Assembly: GCA_002269645.1 (NCBI GenBank) | Contig: NIVC01000587.1 | Coordinates: forward strand, 310,001-374,000 | DNA from: Macrostomum lignano | Taxonomy: Eukaryota | DNA: 64,000 nt | Direction of reading: 5' to 3' | Shown here: one piece after another, positions 1 through 12,724 of the stretch | Layout: each line of letters opens with the position of its first letter | How positions within the stretch are numbered: position 1 is the first letter of the stretch | Program-made: the position numbers and the translations under genes | Notes under the pieces: model-generated | What the model was told of the DNA's origin: nothing | The model's input: only the letters and a program-made list of their open reading frames with translations | The model's database searches: none

Positions 1-512
1 ACACATTCAAACACATTCAAACACATTCAAACACATTCAAACACATTCAAACACATTCAAACACATTCAAATACATTCAAACACATTCAAACACATTCAA
101 ACACATTCAAACACATTCAAACACATTCAAACACATTCAAACACATTCAAACACATTCAAACACATTCAAACACATTCAAACACATTTAAACACATTCAA
201 ACACATTCAAACACATTCAAATACATTCAAACACATTCAAACACATTCAAACACATTCAAACACATTCAAACACATTCAAACACATTCAAACAGATTCAA
301 ACACATTCAAACACATTCAAACACATTCAAACACATTCAAACACATTCAAACACATTCAAACACATTCAAACACATTCAAATACATTCAAACACATTCAA
401 ACACATTCAAACAGATTCAAACACATTCAAACACATTCAAACAGATTCAAACACATTCAAACACATTCAAACACATTCAAATACATTCAAACACATTCAA
501 ACACATTCAAAC
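1..512. repeat. 10-bp tandem satellite (ACACATTCAA)n, truncated by window start
   Basis: About 50 near-perfect head-to-tail copies read directly; no spacers. Confidence 0.98.
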
Positions 513-997
513 ACAAACAAAATTGTTAATGAAAGGCTGCCGCTATTTCATTATAATCCGTACAGCAGTTTAGGTAAACCTGTATAACTTTTCTAAGAAA
601 ATTAAGCCCCCCCCCCAGCGTCCCCTAGTCTGGACACTTGGTAATAAATTCTGTAGGAGAAAAATTGGTGCTAAGAAAGTGAATTTCCTTTCTCATTCTG
701 TGGGATGCAATAAGTTGCCGGAGTCACCAGCTGACTGTGTCAAGAGGCTCTCGTCATAAACTCTCCAATGAGCCAATTTTCTGCAGAACTGAAAGTTCCA
801 CTGCACTGGACAAACACATTCCGATATTTTTGCACATACTACATTGGGGAGATTGAGAGTTGTGCGACACTTCAACGGATGAAAATAATTGCGTGATCAG
901 TCAGCAAGCACTTGCACTATAAACGGAACTACAAGGAAACACTACAGCTTGTACAACGCTGTTTAAAAATTATCTATCTGCTGTTGTTTACAGGAAA

Positions 998-1941
998 TTG
1001 TGAGCATGTGCTACTGTGTACATGACATTGTGAGCATGTGCTACTGTGTACATGATACTGTCAGCATGTGCTACTGTGTACATGGCATTTTGAGAATGTG
1101 CTACTGTGTGCATGATACTGTGAGCATGTGCTACTGTGTACATGACATTGTGAGCATGTGCTACTGTGTACATGATACTGTGAGCATGTGCTACTCATGA
1201 TACTGTGAGTATGTGCTACTGTGTACATGATACTGTGAGTATGTGCTACTGTGTACATGATACTGTCAGCATGTGCTACTGTGTACATGATACTGTGAGC
1301 ATGTGCTACTGTGTACATGATACTGTGAGCATGTGCTACTCATGATACTGTGAGCATGTGCTACTGTGTACATGATACTGTCAGCATGTGCTACTGTGTA
1401 CATGATACTGTGAGCATGTGCTACTGTGTACATGACATTGTGAGCATGTGCTACTGTGTACATGATACTGTGAGCATGTGCTACTGTGTACATGATACTG
1501 TGAGCATGTGCTACTGTGTACATGATACTGTGAGCATGTGCTACTGTGTACATGATACTGTGAGCATGTGCTACTGTGTACATGATACTGTGAGCATGTG
1601 CTACTGTGTACATGATACTGTGAGCATGTGCTACTGTGTACATGACATTGTGAGTATGTGCTACTGTGTACATGATACTGTGAGTATATGCTACTGTGTA
1701 CATGGCATTTTGAGAATGTGCTACTGTGTACATAATACTGTGAGCATGTGCTACTGTGTACATGATACTGTGAGCATGTGCTACTGTGTACATGATACTG
1801 TGAGCATGTGCTACTGTGTACATGATACTGTGAGAATGTGCTACTGTGTGCATGATACTTGAGTATGTGCTACTGTGTACATGATACTTGAGTATGTGCT
1901 ACTGTGTACATGATACTGTGAGCATGTGCTACTGTGTACAT
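998..1941. repeat. 30-bp minisatellite (TGTGAGCATGTGCTACTGTGTACATGATAC)n
   Basis: About 31 copies; explains the repetitive MCYCVHDTVS / YTVAHAHSIM ORFs. Confidence 0.97.
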
Positions 1942-2339
1942 TATAATACTGCGTACACAGAGATTTTGTCAGGTAAAAAGGCGTAATTACACGTATTGCA
2001 TTTCATATTCATAATTAAGAAACCAAACTAAATCCGGCTAAAACAAAGCCTTTTGAGGTGCTGTCCAGACCCAGATATTGCCGATGCCGGAAGCGCGAAG
2101 GCACGCACAGATGGGCGCAGCATCATTAGTCGCCTCCCCAGTCCCCCATCTGGGCCGAACCCGGATATGCAGGCAGTAATTATGAATCCGAATATTTTGC
2201 CTTAACTTCGAGAAGTAACTTTGTCACTCGAAACTTGAAGAAAAAGCTCTATATCATTGCACTGCGTTAGCTAAATAAAAGACCCTGCATTTTGAGCACT
2301 TTATAACCGGTTGCTTCACCTTCTGCTATCAAACCAAAA

Positions 2340-2640
2340 CGCAAAAAATTGAAGCAAAAATTGCCCTTCATCCCAAACCCTAAACTTCCTAAACCCAAAC
2401 CCTAAGACCCTTAACCCACGAGCCCGTAAACCCTAACTCTAACCTAAAAATCATAACCCCAGTGGTCTGGCGCGGCGCTCTGGTGTGCCAGCGGCCCAGG
2501 CTCGATTCCAAGTGCAGTCACATTAATTTGGGGCTAAATTGGAATCTCGGCTTGGCTCTGCTCGTGCAATTAACGGCCTTGAGGCCCAACCCCCCAAGGC
2601 GCAGTAAAATGTATGTTTATCGATAAATAAAGTTAGGGCC
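2340..2640 (+). mobile_element. Possible tRNA-derived SINE head preceded by degenerate telomere-like (CCCTAA) tract
   Basis: 2340-2460 has irregular ACCCTAA units. 2461-2520 has AGTGGT (A-box-like) and GGCTCGATTCC (B-box-like, 2499-2509). A loosely similar B-box plus downstream segment occurs on the minus strand at ~26290-26430. Confidence 0.35.
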
Positions 2641-3510
2641 GCTGTACACTCCTGTGTGTGTGCCTGTGCGTATGACTGCGTACGTATCAGGGGAGTCGTC
2701 GTAACGGGCAGCAATGCCTCTCGCCGGTTGTGTGACAATGTCGCTTAAAGTCATAAAGCACAACACCCTCTAAAAACCCCTACCGAACCCAAAACCTAAC
2801 CGTCTCTTGCTTGTCGGCTTGTAAAATCAATAACAGTTGAATATCGCAGCCTCAATGCCATCATCAGTTCGAAGAAATTGCAAGTGCAACTGTTATTGCT
2901 AGAAATCTAAGCCTTCCATGGTGACGCATTTGAAAAAATAATATGAATTTATGGATGCAGATTTTAGTTGACAAATTTTCCTGAGCCGGTAAAGGGATTT
3001 CAAAAGGCCGGAAAGCGGGTAGTTGCTTGAGCTATGAGCATCTGCTTTGACTGTATTGTCTGTTCCTGTTGTGTGCAAAAAAAGAAGTCACTAACAGAGG
3101 TAGCTTTTGGCCCTCTCAATGCTGCAGTATGGGCTACTTAGGTAGTAGAGAAAGGCTTTAAAAGCTAAGCTAAGCTCAGCAGCCTCAACAGCCTTGCTGT
3201 CTGGAGTGCATCTGCAATTCAGTCCGATACAGAATCGCAGAAATTTTATTTGTCTTTCATACTTTTTTGCCGTCTTACTTTAAGTAGCCTTGAAAAATTT
3301 GAGACAGTAACGTAATAACAGAAGTTTCTTTTCAGTAGTCGTTAAGCGTTTTGTTTTTTATCAAATTGGATAAAAACTGCTGCTGGACATTTGAAACTCA
3401 AATAAACTCAAGACCGTTTTATGTTTGTAAAAAGCCAAATAAAAAAACTTTAGTGAGCCAAAGAAAGAGTTCCATGCTCCAGATGTCTGTCTCCTAAATT
3501 ACATGTAAAA

Positions 3511-4853
3511 ATGTTTCATAGTGACAAACTGAATGTGTTTCAGAGTGACAAACTGAATGTGTTTCAGAGTGACAAACTGAATGTGTTTCCGAGTGACAAA
3601 CTGAATGTGTTTCAGAGTGACAAACTGAATGTGTTTTAGAGTGACAAACTGAATGTGCTTCATAGTGACAAACTGAATGTGTTTCAGAGTGACAAGCTGC
3701 AGATGTGTTTCAGAGTGACAAACTGAATGTGTTTCAGAGTGACAAACTGAATGTGTTTCCGAGTGACAAACTGAATGTGTTTCAGAGTGACAAACTGCAA
3801 ATGTGTTTCAGAGTGACAAACTGAATGTGTTTCAGAGTGACAAACTGAATGTGTTTCAGAGTGACAAACTGAATGTGTTTCCGAGTGACAAACTGAATGT
3901 GTTTCAGAGTGACAAACTGCAAATGTGTTTCAGAGTGACAAACTGAATGTGTTTCAGAGTGACAAACTGAATGTGTTTCATAGTGGCAAACTGAATGTGT
4001 TTCAGAGTGACAAACTGAATGTGTTTCAGAGTGACAAGCTGCAAATGTGTTTCAGAGTGACAAACTGAATGTGTTTCAGAGTGACAAACTGAATGTGTTT
4101 TAGAGTGACAAACTGAATGTGTTTCAGAGTGACAAACTGAATGTGTTTCAGAGTGACAAGCTGCAAATGTGTTTCAGAGTGAGAAACTGAATGTGTTTCA
4201 GAGTGACAAACTGAATGTGTTTCAGAGTGACAAACTGAATGTGTTCCCGAGTGACAAACTAAATGTGTTTCAGAGTGACAAACTGAATGTGTTCCCGAGT
4301 GACAAACTAAATGTGTTTCAGAGTGACAAACTGAATGTGTTTCAGAGTGACAAACTGAATGTGTTTCCGAGTGACAAACTAAATGTGTTTCAGAGTGACA
4401 AACTGAATGTGTTTCATAGTGACAAACTGAATGTGTTTCAGAGTGACAAACTGAATGTGTTTCATAGTGACAAACTAAATGTGTTTCAGAGTGACAAACT
4501 GAATGTGTTTCAGAGTGACAAACTGAATGTGTTTCAGAGTGACAAGCTGAATGTGTTTCAGAGTGACAAACTGCAAATGTGTTTCAGAGTGACAAACTGC
4601 AAATGTGTTTCAGAGTGACAAACTGAATGCGGTTCAGAGTGACAAACTGAATGCGGTTCAGAGTGACAAACTGAATGCGGTTCAGAGTGACAAACTGAAT
4701 GTGTTTCAGAGTGACAAACTGCAAATGTGTTTCAGAGTGACAAACTGCAAATGTGTTTCAGAGTGACAAACTGCAAATGTGTTTCAGAGTGACAAACTGC
4801 AAATGTGTTTCAGAGTGACAAACTGAATGCGGTTCAGAGTGACAAACTGAATG
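3511..4853. repeat. 24/25-bp minisatellite (CAGAGTGACAAACTGAATGTGTTT)n
   Basis: About 55 copies with 25-bp CTGCAAATG variants; source of the [11 protein letters not shown]. Confidence 0.97.
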
Positions 4854-4938
4854 TAACTCATACCATGTCTCATCAGGAAAAATCGAGCTAAGACGCTATT
4901 GCATGCTCCGGATTTCCTGATCCCAATTCCTCGCAGAG

Positions 4939-5223
4939 ATGCTGCGCACTGCATCAAGCCTGCAAGCCGTGGCGCTGGCTCTGCTCTGTTTGAGCTCTCT
5001 GCTTCTGACGCCTTCCTGCTCCGGCTTTCGTCTCGGCCGCAATGACGAGGCTGTTGAAGTGGCTGGTGACTCGCTGTCGGCGGCGGATGCGGAGGCGGAG
5101 ATCAAAGCGCCGTGGTGGCCGCGGCGGATCCCGGCGGAGAAAAGCCATCATCGGTGGCGCCCGCCTGCGGCGGCGTCGATCAAAAGGGCGGCGCGGCATC
5201 CATTTGTAGCGCAGGCCTGGTAG
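4939..5223 (+). CDS. Small secreted protein, candidate neuropeptide precursor (94 aa)
   Basis: ATG start, hydrophobic signal peptide (VALALLCLSSLLLTPSCSG), then FRLG-R (amidation Gly plus basic site), an acidic spacer, RR and KR dibasic sites. GC-rich coding-like composition; AATAAA at 5287-5292. Confidence 0.6.
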   Translation: MLRTASSLQAVALALLCLSSLLLTPSCSGFRLGRNDEAVEVAGDSLSAADAEAEIKAPWWPRRIPAEKSHHRWRPPAAASIKRAARHPFVAQAW

Positions 5224-5682
5224 TTTGAGAGGCTGTCTGACCAAATTTCTCATGTCATTAAGAGAGTCAGGACGCAGATTGAACTAAATAAAACCGATGA
5301 GAATCACGCCGCTCCTCAAAATTACAGGACGAGCTTACAAAAACTTTTTGCTGGCTGAAAAAGCTCGCCATCTTATTTGACATTGATGACGCAGGAATGG
5401 TAAAGAGGATATGTAGAGAATAAAGCTGCAAATTTCATATCTTGATGGTGCATTTTGCAACGAATGGGGGGTTCCGGGTTTTGTAAGACCTAAATTTCAC
5501 CTAGACAAAAACTTAAATTAGGACACCACTATACAACAAAATCACATGATAAAATCTTAAATCGCATAAAGGTTTAGAGCATCCTCCACTTTCATAATGC
5601 CTAATCTTCACCAGTGTTGGGCATCGTTAGTGACAAAATCGGTATGAACGATGTGCTTTAGTTGGTTTAGCCATAGACTAGG

Positions 5683-6340
5683 GTAATATTCAGTTGGTTT
5701 GGCCATAGATTCGATGAATAATGAGTTGGTTTGGCCATAGACTATAGATGAATAATCAGATGGTTTGGCCATAGACTATAGATGAGTAATCAGATGGTTT
5801 GGCCATAGACTATAGATGAATAATCAGATGGTTTGACCATAGACTATAGATGAATAATCAGATGGTTTGACCATAGACTATAGATGAATAATCAGTTGGT
5901 TTGACCATAGACTATAGATGAATAATCAGATGGTTTGACCATAGACTATAGATGAATAATCAGATGGTTTGACCATAGACTATAGATGAATAATCAGTTG
6001 GTTTGACCATAGACTATAGATGAATAATCAGATGGTTTGGCCATAGACTTTAGATGAATAATCAGTTGGTTTGGCCATAGACTATAGATGAATAATCAGA
6101 TGGTTTGACCATGGACTATAGATGAATAATCAGATGGTTTGACCATAGACTATAGATGAATAATCAGATGGTTTGACCATAGACTATAGATGAATAATCA
6201 GATGGTTTGACCATAGACTATAGATGAATAATCAGATGGTTTGACCATGGACTATAGATGAATAATCAGTTGGTTTGGCCATAGACTTTAGATGAATAAT
6301 CAGTTGGTTTGGCCATAGACAATAGATCAATAATCAGATG
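5683..6340. repeat. 34-bp minisatellite (TGGTTTGACCATAGACTATAGATGAATAATCAGA)n
   Basis: About 19 copies; period 34 measured (TAATCAGA at 5821 and 5855). Confidence 0.96.
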
Positions 6341-8717
6341 GTAGACTGCAGAGGCTTGAACTGACGAGGAGGGAGAGATATAGAGAGCGATGATTGATAG
6401 TGAGCTTTTTTTAGCGATGGCGCTTATCGATTGATCGCATCTTCCGGTGGAAAGCTTTAACGGAGTGAATAGCAATGAATTTCAAATACTATCTGAGCTT
6501 AGTTCAAAGAATCATCTCAACGAGTGCATTTATCAAGTGGCTTAAAGATGCATTTTTAAAATTACTGGAGCTGCCTCTTGACGAAGATGGAGCCGAACTT
6601 GGTGCCGTAGGAATCCAAGCCGCTGCAAAGAACGACTCAGGAGCACTTATGGTAGTTCCTTTGAGAAGTTCCTGAAACAGAAAAACCGCTTTTCAACCTA
6701 CAAGTTGTCTATGGTTTAAACACCGGCTTAGGCTGAAACAATGGCCAACTATTTTGTCTGCAAACTAAAGTCATCGACTCGTATCCGTCGGTGATATTTC
6801 TGTGGAATTTGATGCAATTTAAGAGATTGTACATGTACTTATTGCTCCTATTAATAGGAAACCTGTTCTAACGTTATTCGATCCAATCTAATTGATTTCT
6901 CGACTGCCTGCTTTTTTTAGTAAAAGTGAAATTTCCTGGCGGAGATTAGGCTAATTGATTATTTCTACTGTATTTCTAATACTGAACTGAAAGGCCCGTC
7001 GCGTCACTTCTGGACTGTGCTTTAGCCCAGCCTCCAGGCTCTGCTCATCTATGGAGCAATTGTTGATATGGACAGGATTAGGACAGGATTATTGTAGTCT
7101 CATAACGATCAAGTAGAAATTTATAGCATGTCAGGGATTTAGCAAGAAATCGAGTAGTTCTCTAAGTCCCTGAACCAGAATCTACATGTAAGGACAAGTA
7201 CTAACTATTCATTCAAACCATCACTTATTGGTCACTGTAACTTTCTTCGGGCGGGGAAGTGATTCATGTCGTGCGATTCACACGCCACAATGGCCAACCC
7301 CCAATTAGGCACAGAGAGTGTACATGCCTGATGAGTAGAAAGAAAGGAATCAACCCACAATGGTCACATTGAATGCAAAACTTTGAAATATTGTTAGCTA
7401 CTACATCAATACTTTGAAATTTAATTTTTATCATAATATTAACTGCCTTAGATTTAAGCCGTGAGAGAACGGAAGTGTGGTCAGTCTGGTGCAGCTGGTC
7501 AGTCTCGCCAAGTGCAGTTGGAGGAGTTGAATCTCATCTTGGCGATTGTACAGCCGCTGGTATTGCACAGCGCCGAATTGAGTCCGTGTCAGGACGAGAT
7601 ACAACTCTCTCCACTGAGCTTGCAAGCTAAATAAAACCTCTGAGCCAAAAGTTGCACAAAAAATCGAGAGTCTACTTACTTAGAAATGAACGAGAAAGCC
7701 TGTTCTTCCAATTTCTAGTTGGAATTTTGAAAGCGTCTCCTGTCTGAAAGAGGCGGGCCCGGCTTTCCCGCGTATTTATGGGCTCGAACAGAGGGGCCCG
7801 GCCAGTCAGCCATGACTGTACATGAGCCTTAAAACGCATCGATAAGATAAAGGGGGCATGCGGCTCATACAATGATTAACACTCCATGGGCCTCAGCGGA
7901 TAAAAAGCAATCTATATTACGTTTTTACTCCAGCACTAGGTCGGTGAGTGGGGGAGTGGGGCTGGATAAGCGATAAGGCTCGTCCGTCTGCCTGTGGGAA
8001 CCCCTCTACGCACCCAGTCTTATCCTTCGAATTGCCCGCCACCTTGCTTGCAGGGGTTTCAAAGGTATTATCCAAGCCCTCCCCTCGCTCGAATGCGTTT
8101 GGAAACTTCTGCTGGGCAAACATGAAGAGCAGGCCAGGAGGGTCTCCGGCCAGATAAGGCTGGTTTCCTGCGGCAACAGAAGAGAGAGAGAGAGAGACAG
8201 AGAGCTTGTAATTCTTATTCCTTCAAGCTCGACAGTCTTTCAGCCGAAGGGGGCAAAGTCGTCACCAGATAAAGACCCGAAGCCTGTTGTTGAGCCAGCA
8301 ATTTCTACTCAAAAGCCGCGATAAAGCGCTCGCTGAGCACAGAAAGCCGGCAGGCAGCTCACAAGTTGACTGTTGCTGGGGTTGAGAACTGAGAACCCGG
8401 CTGAAAAAGAAGCGCTTGTGAAAGAGAGAAGAAGTGTATCGTGGGAAGAAAAAACCATCGAACAAAGAGTCAGCAGAAGACAAGAACAAAGATAAAAAGA
8501 TATGAGATAACAGCAAAAACTCCAATAACCAAGTAGCAGATAGCAGGTATTACAATACTCTAATCCAGGTAATTTTTGCAACAATATTGAGACAGCTCGT
8601 ACTATCTGCCGGTGCTTTACCTTAGGTCACAACTGAGAGTGAACCATTTTGGGCACTCTTTCTTTCAGTTTTCACCTATAGCTTTGACCAGATGGGCAAT
8701 CTTTTCTGTAGATTTCG

Positions 8718-9221
<504 letters not shown>

Positions 9222-9580
9222 CTTAATTAAACTATAATAAACTTAATTATAGTTCAACTTAATAAGTAGAAGGAATACGTTTATTTAGAATAAAAGATTT
9301 CTCGCATTCTCCCTTTGTACGATACAGCTAGCATAAATTAATTGATAGTATCATTTTTATAGATTGGATCCAAAATGAGAGTAGGATAGAGAATAATAGT
9401 AATATTGAAAACCATAGTTTGATGCTCGAAGGGATAAAGGTAAATAAACAAATTTTCCACCAGACTACACGCATCGAATGGACTTACTGCTGTACTAAGT
9501 AGGATATGTGAGACATGACTGGTCATAGGATATTTATTTGCTGACAATGTAATATTGTGTTTCACGAGGGGTGTCTCAGG

Positions 9581-9736
9581 CTATTGAAGACTTGCTTCTC
9601 ATTGTCTATGGCCCAAAAGGGGTTCTGTGTAGCAGCCAATCGGAGAGTTGGGATTTATTGCGCGCCTAAATTCACCAATTGGTTACTTCACAGACCCCCT
9701 TTCGGCCATAGACAATGAAAAGCAAGTCTTCAGTAG
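9581..9736. mobile_element. MITE-like element with ~49-bp terminal inverted repeats
   Basis: CTATTGAAGACTTGCTTCTCATTGTCTATGGCCCAAAAGGGG.. at 9581 pairs with ..CCCCCTTTCGGCCATAGACAATGAAAAGCAAGTCTTCAGTAG ending at 9736. No clean TSD. Confidence 0.7.
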
Positions 9737-10110
9737 CTTAATTCTCACTGTTAAATCAAAGGCTCGATTGACCTAAAAATGGTATATTACACACGATAGG
9801 CCTCTCTCATCACTCGCTTTTGGGAACAGCTCGGACTATCTGCCGGTGCTCGCTTTTGCTCTCATTTGGGGTGAATAAACATTTGAAAGGATCTCTTCTA
9901 TCTACTGAAGATTTAGAAACTAGTCTTTAGGCTTCGTTTCCAGTTTGGAACAATTCTCAAACAAAAATGAGTGCTGATGTCCTTTAAACTACTGAGGGTG
10001 GCTTATCTTGCGTAAAGAATATATCTTTGCGTTCAACTAGTTTTGTTTTCTTCAGCTTTTTACTTCTAAAGACGCGGAGAGAGTCAGTCTTGTGTCTGGC
10101 CAATATTTCG

Positions 10111-10329
10111 CACGATCAGCAGACAGTCTGGTTAATATTCACGCACGATCAGCAGACAGTCTGGTTAATATTCACGCACGATCAGCAGACAGTCTGGTTA
10201 GTATTCACGCACGATCAGCAGACAGTCTGGTTAATATTCACGCACGATCAGCAGACAGTCTGGTTAATATTCACGCACGATCAGCAGACAGTCTGGTTAA
10301 TATTCACGCACGATCAGCAGACAGTCTGG
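10111..10329. repeat. 33-bp minisatellite overlapping the stop codon of the glycosyltransferase gene
   Basis: Unit CACGATCAGCAGACAGTCTGGTTAATATTCACG, ~6.6 copies; reads RLSADRA*ILT on the minus strand. Confidence 0.95.
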
Positions 10330-12724
10330 CGAAATGGCGTGCCCTCAGCAGCTGGGTTGCATTAAACCGCCCAGTCAGTGTGTCATTGGCGGCAAATTCC
10401 CTGCTCTCGCCGTTAGCCAGCAGCTCCTGCAGTCGCTGCAGCCTCTCCGGCTGCAGGTGCTGGTGGGCGGCCACTGTCCGGTCGGTGATGCCGGTTGAGT
10501 TGGCCTCGATGATTTCGTCGAGCAACGCGCAGCCCCGGTGTCGAAGTCGATATATTGCGCTCAAATTGGCCTGGCGATGGTAGCCGCAGAGCAGCCGCAT
10601 TGTGTCCCGGTCCTCCAGGCTAGGGGAGAACACCTCTGATGGCAGGACGGTCAGGGTGAGGCCGTGATTGTCCAGAGTCAGCCACTGGCGGTAGCAGGCG
10701 CTCAGGAAGTTTCGGTCTAGGCTGGGACCTAGCCAGAATGTTGCTATGACAATTTATTACGCGATTAATTTTCTCACTGAGACGGTCACACTTTCTAAGT
10801 AGTGACTTCCCGTCAACTAACCGAAGGGACTGTAGTGACTTCCCATCAGCTAATCGTGACTGTAGTGACTTCCCATCAACTAACCGTGACTGTAGTGACT
10901 TCCCATCAACAAACCGTGACCGTAGCGACTTCCCATCAACTAACAGCAGGGACTGTAGTGACTTCCCATCAACTAACAGCAGGGACTATAGTGACTTCCC
11001 ATCAACTAACAGCAGGGACTATAGTGACTTCCCATCTACTAACAGAATGGACTGGAGTGACTTCCCATCAACTAACAGAATGGACTGGAGTGACTTCCCA
11101 TCAACTAACAGCAGGGACTGTAGTGACTTCCCATCAACTAACAGAATGGACTGGAGTGACTTCCCATCAACTAACAGCAGGCACTGGAGTGACTTCCCAT
11201 CAACTAACAGCAGGCACTGGAGTGACTTCCCATCAACTAACAGCAGGCACTGGAGTGACTTCCCATCAACTAACAGAATGGACTGGAGTGACTTCCCATC
11301 AACTAACAGCAGGGACTGTAGTGACTTCCCATCAACTAACAGCAGGCACTGGAGTGACTTCCCATCAACTAACAGCAGGCACTGGAGTGACTTCCCATCA
11401 ACTAACAGCAGGGACTGTAGTGACTTCCCATCAACTAACAGCAGGCACTGTAGTGATTTCCCATCAACTAACAGCAGGGACTGTAGTGACTTCCCATCAA
11501 CTAACAGAATGGACTGGAGTGACTTCCCATCAACTAACAGCAGGGACTGTAGTGACTTCCCATCAACTAACAGCAGGCACTGGAGTGACTTCCCATCAAC
11601 TAACAGCAGGCACTGGAGTGACTTCCCATCAACTAACAGATGGACTGGAGTGACTTCCCATTAACAAACAGCAGGCACTGGAGTGACTTTCCAGTAGCTA
11701 ACCGCAGGAGGGTAGTTAATTTCTATAAAGTGGACACCTGAGACCTAAATACTACGTGTAGTAAAACTATGTATATTTAATATAAGAATACATGCTCGAA
11801 AATAAAAGATGGATAGTTAGTCAGCTCACTTTCCACAGACACATTGCCTCGAAGAGCGCTGATCACAAAGCCCAGAAATCCGTGCCCAGGTCTCGACCCA
11901 AGAGCTGCTGGCGACAAGCGGAACAGCCTGTTGTCGTAGATCATCACGTTCTCAACGCGCTCCTCAGCCACAAAGGCGCTACTGCGAAAGTCCAAGGCGG
12001 TGGCAGAGCTCAGCGGCTTCAGGCACTCAACGTCAAGCTCTAGTATCACTCCTACATTGTGACAAAGCGGTGCGTTGGAGATGAGTAGATTTGGTACGCC
12101 AAGTACACCAAAAGAAAGTACATATTTCTAAGTATGTTGCAAACAGCTTCATTTGGCTCTGTAGGATATCTAAGCTCACCTCCCAGGTGATAGAGCACCG
12201 GATATTTGGCGAACTCAAGCCGTTCAGCCGGGCTATTCAACAATTGGTAAAAACTGAGCAAATCGGGCTGCCGCCTACGAAGCAGGGACTCAACATCCGG
12301 CTCTGTCCAGAGGTAGATGGTCCAGTCTGGATTGACTGCAGCGCAGCTGGCCAAAGTCTGACGATAGCCGTTGAGCACCAACTCCGAGTCGGTGATGAAG
12401 TGCAGCAGGCGGGGTATTTCGGCTGCGGCAGGCAGCCGCCTGTAGCCAGCGATCGGCGTCAACACGGTGTAGGCCACGTAGTCCTTGAACTGTGTGACCT
12501 TCGACACCTGGATTGTATTTTTTGGTCTGATCAGGTGAGAAACAGATAAGTGTTGAGATTGTGCTTGGTTTGACTAGGCAAAGTTATAATTAAAGAGTAC
12601 ATTTACTGCTCTGGAGCCCATCTGCAGACCTGGAGGATCCAAATGATGACATCGCATCTGAAGTATAGCTACCAAGAGAAGCCGCACGTCCCGAGCTTTC
12701 TGCAATTTCATTTTCATTCCCCAT
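10304..12724 (-). CDS. GT32-family (Gly_transf_sug; Sur1/Och1/A4GALT-like) glycosyltransferase, multi-exon
   Basis: Exons ~12524-12180, 12051-~11832 and ~10744-10304 join in phase via GT-AG. They give IPRLLHF..NPDWTIYLWTE..RLEFAKYPVLYHLGG|GVILELDVECLKPL..SRPGHGFL..LGPS..VLPSEVFSP. The 5' exon (~12600-12724) is uncertain (frameshift or alternative acceptor). Confidence 0.75.
10801..11690. repeat. 33-bp intronic minisatellite (GTGACTTCCCATCAACTAACAGCAGGGACTGTA)n
   Basis: About 27 copies inside the last intron of the glycosyltransferase; source of the VTSHQLTAGT ORFs. Confidence 0.96.

Noticed and set aside
988-1862. Cys/His-rich repetitive ORFs (metallothionein-like appearance)
   Set aside because: They are translations of a 30-bp tandem repeat, open on both strands, with no unique N- or C-terminus.
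4890-4905. TATTGCATG resembling the 3' end of a flatworm spliced leader
   Set aside because: Only a short match; no donor site, Sm site or rest of the leader is visible.
988-6340. CRISPR-like regular repeats (30, 24 and 34 bp periods)
   Set aside because: Units are head-to-tail with no unique spacers, there are no cas genes, and the context is eukaryotic; these are minisatellites.
7650-8600. Possible LTR or other repeat fragments (also 9780-9900 and 13700-14400)
   Set aside because: Only a short shared motif (CAGCTCG.ACTATCTGCCGGTGCT at ~8595 and ~9826) and vague compositional similarity; no TG..CA ends, PBS or coding domain.
10802-11664. 283-aa and 205-aa repeat ORFs
   Set aside because: Intronic 33-bp minisatellite on the strand opposite the glycosyltransferase.
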